The notes below the pieces were generated by a model that saw nothing but the letters and a program-made list of their open reading frames with translations, searched no databases and was not told where the DNA came from. This document shows positions 59,549 through 64,000 of a stretch of DNA of 64,000 nt, in pieces. Position numbers and translations under genes: made by a program. Numbering within the stretch: the first letter of the stretch is position 1; every line of letters starts with the position of its first letter. This DNA comes from an uncultured bacterium (GTDB taxonomy: Bacteria; Zixibacteria; MSB-5A5; CAIYYT01). Where the stretch lies: contig CAVSCK010000004.1 in assembly GCA_963726455.1 (NCBI GenBank), forward strand, positions 1,568,001 through 1,632,000, given 5' to 3'.

Positions 59549-62089
59549 TCAGAACCTTCCGGAGGCCACGGCGCGGGCGGTAGGATCATTCGGATTGGTC
59601 AGCAGGAATTCACGCGAAATGCGCATGGCATCCTCACGGCGGCCGTTTATGACATAAACGTTAATGAGAGTGCGGTAGGTAACCTGAATTACCGGATTAA
59701 TCCGGTACGCCATCTCCGCCGCTTTCACGGCTTCATCTGCCCGACCAAGCGTCTGCATGGCGAGCGCCTTGTATTGATAGTAGTAGTAGTTGTCAGGGTT
59801 GCCGGCGATAATCTTATTCAGATAAGCCAGGTAATCCTCAAAGAGAGAGTTCCTTTGTTCGGGAGACATCTTTTCGTAGCGCGCTTTGCGATCGTATGCC
59901 TGCCAGAACTCAGGAGTGCTCTTGATCATCCGGTCAACGACTTGCAGCGCCCTCGTGGTATCGCCCTGTCTTTCGAGATAGTCGACGAAATCCATTATCA
60001 TCTGGTCGGAGCCGATGAGCAGCGTTGTTGAAACTTCATCGCGGTAGGAATCGGGATTGTTCAGATTGCGTTCCTGGAAGACATCGGAAAGAAGATGCAT
60101 GGTTGTGTCGGTCTGCCAGACGCCTCTGGCCATCTGCGGAACCAACATCTCCACCCAACCGCGGCGAACCATGTGATCTGCCAACGGGTATCTCACTTCA
60201 GGCGGGTAACCGTTGGCGAAGACAATAGGGTATTTCCAACGATTGGCAGCAACAATATTCTCAACCATCAAGTCGGCGACCGTGACGATCTGGCCGGTGG
60301 AATCATCCTGGAATGCCATCAGGTAATGTTCCCAGCCGCCGCGCGCAGGATCGACGTACATTCTTGCTGGACGATGGATGGTCGAGCCGTCACCACGCGG
60401 CGAAGGAGCCTCTACCCAGCGCATCTGGTCGTCCTCGAACGAAATCGGGACGCCCATCTCATGTTTCAACTGCAATTGGTACCAGTCAGTCTGAATCAGG
60501 GACAAATTGGCAATGCGCACGTCGCGGCGGATGCCGTACACCTGCTGCAGGCACCAGAGCGGGAAGGTGTCGTTATCGCCGTTGGTGAACATGATGGCGT
60601 CGGGAGGGCACGACATCAGGAAATTGTAGGCGTAGTCGTATGGAAGATACTCGTCGTGGCGGTCGTTAACCCGGTAATTTGCTTTCAACGCCGACAACGG
60701 CATTAGCAAGGTCAGAACTACGATTACAGCGGTAACGGGCTTGGCGTATTTGGGCAAGCGATCCAACAGAAAGTTGACCACCATAAACAAGCCGATACCG
60801 ATGTACAGGGCAAAGAGAATGTACCCTGAGGTGAAAAAGTAATCACGATCCCGGACTTCGAGCTTGTCATTGCCGGTCAGCGGGTCCATCACCGATCCAT
60901 CGGCGAAGTTCATGTATATGGCAAGGCCGAGTGTACAGGTCAATAGCAATAGGAAGAAATATGTCCCCAGTTTCCATTTCCATTTGATCAGGCCGATAAT
61001 TCCTATCATCGTAAGCAGCGCCGGAATCAAGAAGGCAATACCGGTCATTCCGTACTGGCGCACCAAATAGCCGCCGAAGCCGATGCGGGGAAAGTCGCCA
61101 AGTTGATGCGCCCAACTCGCGCGCCGATGCAGCATCTTGGTGAACATGGACTCGTCACCATACTGTTTGCGGTGGATGTAACTGGTGAAGCTATCCCAGG
61201 TATGGGGATCATTTTGGTTGATAGCCGGTTTTTGCGCGGCACGAATCGGAATCTCGGCGTGAACCGAGAAACCAACCAGCGCGCCGGCGGCGAAACAAAG
61301 CGCCAGCAGCCACTGGCGTGATTTTGAATTCAGATAAGCAACCACCGATATTGCCAGCCACACCACCATGCCCAGAAGGAACCAGGTGATATTCACCGAC
61401 TGCAGGAAGATGAGAATGCCGGATATCCAGAAGCGGGCGTCGCGGCGCAGTGATTCATCGGCCAACAGGAAAAAGATAAAGGTGGCGGGCATGACGAGCA
61501 TGACCATTACCTGAATGCCGACCGAGAGCAACAACAGGTAGACGATCAGGACGAGATATTTGAAAGCCATTGGCGTCTGGCGGCAATCGTACCATCTGAA
61601 CGCCAGCCAGGTCAGCAGGAGCATGTAGGCCATGGCCGGAGTGTACGCTTCTGCCTCCACAGTGCTGAACCAGAGAGTGCGACTGTAGGCCAGGAGCAGT
61701 GCACCAATCATCGAGCAGAAGTAGACCATGAACTGGCGGTCTTTGTTTTCAGCCACGCCGGGAATCAGACGAATCAAGCGCACCGAAATCAGGAAGCCGA
61801 AGATGGCCGCGATCATACTGCCAATAACGGAAACGACATTAAGGCGGGCGCAGATGTCTGAGAAAGTGGGCAGAACCATGGCGATGCGTCCGAGTAGCAG
61901 AAACAGCGGCGTGCCGGGCGGATGAGAGATGCCCAGCGTGTACGAACAGGTCAGGAATTCGCCGCAATCCCAAAGCGACAGCCCCGGCTGCATCGTCATG
62001 AGGTACGGGATGAACGAGGCAACCGCGACGATGACGGCGAAGATTTTGAACGTCAAGTCTTTAGTCAACCGTTGAAGAATCTGCTCCAA
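59549..62089 (-). CDS. DUF2723 (TMEM260-like) membrane glycosyltransferase with C-terminal TPRs
   Basis: WDCGEF, HPPGTP, EAEAY, RDRDYFF and FTNGDNDTFPLW. Confidence 0.85.
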   Translation of the reverse strand: MEQILQRLTKDLTFKIFAVIVAVASFIPYLMTMQPGLSLWDCGEFLTCSYTLGISHPPGTPLFLLLGRIAMVLPTFSDICARLNVVSVIGSMIAAIFGFLISVRLIRLIPGVAENKDRQFMVYFCSMIGALLLAYSRTLWFSTVEAEAYTPAMAYMLLLTWLAFRWYDCRQTPMAFKYLVLIVYLLLLSVGIQVMVMLVMPATFIFFLLADESLRRDARFWISGILIFLQSVNITWFLLGMVVWLAISVVAYLNSKSRQWLLALCFAAGALVGFSVHAEIPIRAAQKPAINQNDPHTWDSFTSYIHRKQYGDESMFTKMLHRRASWAHQLGDFPRIGFGGYLVRQYGMTGIAFLIPALLTMIGIIGLIKWKWKLGTYFFLLLLTCTLGLAIYMNFADGSVMDPLTGNDKLEVRDRDYFFTSGYILFALYIGIGLFMVVNFLLDRLPKYAKPVTAVIVVLTLLMPLSALKANYRVNDRHDEYLPYDYAYNFLMSCPPDAIMFTNGDNDTFPLWCLQQVYGIRRDVRIANLSLIQTDWYQLQLKHEMGVPISFEDDQMRWVEAPSPRGDGSTIHRPARMYVDPARGGWEHYLMAFQDDSTGQIVTVADLMVENIVAANRWKYPIVFANGYPPEVRYPLADHMVRRGWVEMLVPQMARGVWQTDTTMHLLSDVFQERNLNNPDSYRDEVSTTLLIGSDQMIMDFVDYLERQGDTTRALQVVDRMIKSTPEFWQAYDRKARYEKMSPEQRNSLFEDYLAYLNKIIAGNPDNYYYYQYKALAMQTLGRADEAVKAAEMAYRINPVIQVTYRTLINVYVINGRREDAMRISREFLLTNPNDPTARAVASGRF

Positions 62090-62176
62090 TTTTCGCCTCA
62101 GTTATTATCCCAAATGGTCGATGAATATAACAAAATAACGCTTTGGAACAAGCCATTTATAATAGAGAGGATTCCC

Positions 62177-62422
62177 ATGCTTAGCTGGTGTGCCCTGTTA
62201 TTTGCCCTGGGTGTAGTCGCCTTTCTGGATTCCATCTTCAATTACGGCGAGATATACCGCCAGGTAAACTCAGTGCTCTTCATGCTCGTTTCGCTCGGGT
62301 TATTGGTGCGCACAGCCACCAAGATTCGGCAACGCATCACGGAAGGTTACCTTGCGCGCATAGAGAAGCTGGAAAAGGAACTGGCGGAAGTTAAGCGGAG
62401 TCGCGTCGAGACCAAGGTCTAA
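62177..62422 (+). CDS. Small two-TM protein with C-terminal coiled coil
   Basis: GAGAGGA RBS and ATG at 62177; two hydrophobic helices, then LARIEKLEKEL. Confidence 0.65.
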   Translation: MLSWCALLFALGVVAFLDSIFNYGEIYRQVNSVLFMLVSLGLLVRTATKIRQRITEGYLARIEKLEKELAEVKRSRVETKV

Positions 62423-64000
62423 GACTTGGGCTTTTCGGCCTGAGCGCACAGAAAGCGCTCAACATGCTGCAATTTCCTGCGCACGCTCTCCATGTTCAGA
62501 CTGTCCGGATACTTCAGAAGTACTGATTCGTAAGTCGATTTCGCCTGAGTACAGTTGCGATCGAGATCGGCATAGACGTCGCCCTCACGTTCGATCGCCA
62601 ATGGTGTGTAGAAGCTCTCGGGATAACGCGCAACCAGCGAATCATACTGCGCCACCGCCGCCGCACCATTACCAAGTTCCTGATAGATATCGCCGGCCTC
62701 ATACCATGAGAGTTCGTTTAGCGAACCACCACCTTCAAGCTGCTCCAACTTCGCCAGACGCACCAGCGCAGAATCGTATTCGAAGCGAAACTCGGCATAG
62801 CGCGCTTCTGCGTAAATGCGCAAGGTGGCTTCATCCAGACCGGAAAATTCACTGATCAACATCATTCGACGCAAACAGTTGTTCACGTAGATGCTCTTCG
62901 GGAAGGTGTTCATCATCTTGCCATAGGCATCCCGCGCGTCAGCGAAGTTGCCGAGGAAGAACTTAAGTTCGGCCTGCTTGTAGAACAGTTCTTCCTGGTC
63001 TTTCTGTTGAAGCTGCTGCAAGGGAACCGAATTGTACAAGGAATCCGCGATCTGTGGCTTGCCCATGGAGAGATAACAATCGGCAGTGGCGATTCTGGAA
63101 ATGACGGCGGTTCCGGCAATCGGGTAATTGGTGGTGAGACGCTGGAACAAACCGAGAGCAGTCGAAGGATCGTGCAGACCCTTGAGCTGAGTGTAACCCA
63201 TTGCATAAAGGGCTTCGGAGACATCGCGATCGGACTGTGACTGTTTGGTGATTTGATCGTAGATGGCGATTGCGTCACCGAAGCGCCGGTCGTTAAAGTA
63301 GGAGTCGGCCAGAATAAAGCGCGAAGCGATACGGAAAGGAGAATCGGGATAGCGGGTGATCAGGTAATTGCAGGCCATTTCGACGGCCGCATGATCGCCG
63401 TTCTCACGAGCTACCGTCGCAAAATAGAGTATCTCTTTGCCCTTCTCGTTGCCCAGTGAATCGACGAGACGGAATCGCAGGAACGCGTCCTCGAGCTTGC
63501 CCTGCGCCATGAGCAGATCTCCGAAGTAGCGCTGGGCGTATTTGTTCTTGGCATTCTGCTTGATAATTTCGGCCAATGCTTCTTTGAGACCGGTGTCGAA
63601 TCCTTCGTCTGAATCGAGCTTGATCAGTTGATTCATTTTGCCGGTGACAAAGACTTCACTAGTTGTATCGCGGACGAGAAGGCCGAAATATTCGCGGGCA
63701 GCATCGCCGTAATTACGCATCACCTCGAAAAGCTGTCCCAGTTGCCTGGCAAACATCACCGGATCATCGAAGTTCTTGCGCGCATCCTGAAGGAGTTTCA
63801 CGGCATCCGGATAGTAGCCGTTGGCGGTGTAGATATTGGCTGCCTGCTCATAGGCCTGCGGATGGGCAGATTCGGGCGCCAACGCTCCCTGGATTTGACT
63901 CTGGGCGGCCTTGGCATCCCCTTTCTTGAAATACACATTTGCGATGTCGAGTTTGTGCGCGTAGCGCAAGCCAGGATCGGGGGTGATTTCGAGCAGGTGA
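62419..64000 (-). CDS. Multi-TPR protein, 5'-partial
   Basis: Repeated TPR units with YP.S turns; the frame appears to continue to the window edge. Confidence 0.8.
   Translation of the reverse strand, partial: HLLEITPDPGLRYAHKLDIANVYFKKGDAKAAQSQIQGALAPESAHPQAYEQAANIYTANGYYPDAVKLLQDARKNFDDPVMFARQLGQLFEVMRNYGDAAREYFGLLVRDTTSEVFVTGKMNQLIKLDSDEGFDTGLKEALAEIIKQNAKNKYAQRYFGDLLMAQGKLEDAFLRFRLVDSLGNEKGKEILYFATVARENGDHAAVEMACNYLITRYPDSPFRIASRFILADSYFNDRRFGDAIAIYDQITKQSQSDRDVSEALYAMGYTQLKGLHDPSTALGLFQRLTTNYPIAGTAVISRIATADCYLSMGKPQIADSLYNSVPLQQLQQKDQEELFYKQAELKFFLGNFADARDAYGKMMNTFPKSIYVNNCLRRMMLISEFSGLDEATLRIYAEARYAEFRFEYDSALVRLAKLEQLEGGGSLNELSWYEAGDIYQELGNGAAAVAQYDSLVARYPESFYTPLAIEREGDVYADLDRNCTQAKSTYESVLLKYPDSLNMESVRRKLQHVERFLCAQAEKPKS

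Noticed and set aside
1-64000. tRNA, rRNA, tmRNA, prophage or defence islands, and the many overlapping alternative-frame ORFs in the track
   Set aside because: No cloverleaf or rRNA signatures and no phage or defence hallmark genes were seen by eye. The alternative ORFs overlap well-supported genes and lack motifs or RBSs.

Overview
Mostly core chromosome of a diderm bacterium. Secreted cohesin-like/dockerin proteins, a PorV homologue and DUF2723 suggest candidate phylum Zixibacteria (inference). Recognisable blocks: a SigH-like ECF sigma/anti-sigma pair, a five-gene two-component operon, an S9 peptidase, mntP, FadL plus esterase, bshB1, a cupredoxin, sodA, rho-rpmE-DUF1385-prfA-(tldD/E)-prmC interrupted by a REP-associated tyrosine transposase with GTAG REPs, the fol/pan operon, nrdJ with NrdR boxes, and lemA-TPM genes. 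Several genes, including housekeeping ones, carry single-base frameshifts that are probably sequencing indels. The best candidate for an undescribed system is at 1-5 kb. An unannotated 25-aa peptide gene (MELYNLMIEVLEEKVAPGGFSQGGQ) has its own promoter, strong RBS, anti-SD leader and terminator. It sits downstream of a fused PqqD/RRE-like, M50 site-2 protease, HlyD gene and converges on a large STAND-like TPR protein, suggesting a peptide processing, export and sensing module. Other notable items are a circularly permuted cupredoxin, a shared ECF promoter motif (sigma, sodA, cupredoxin), an aminotransferase lacking its PLP lysine, a small Tat peptide beside tldD/E, and apparent ATC start codons. 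No tRNA, rRNA or CRISPR array was seen.
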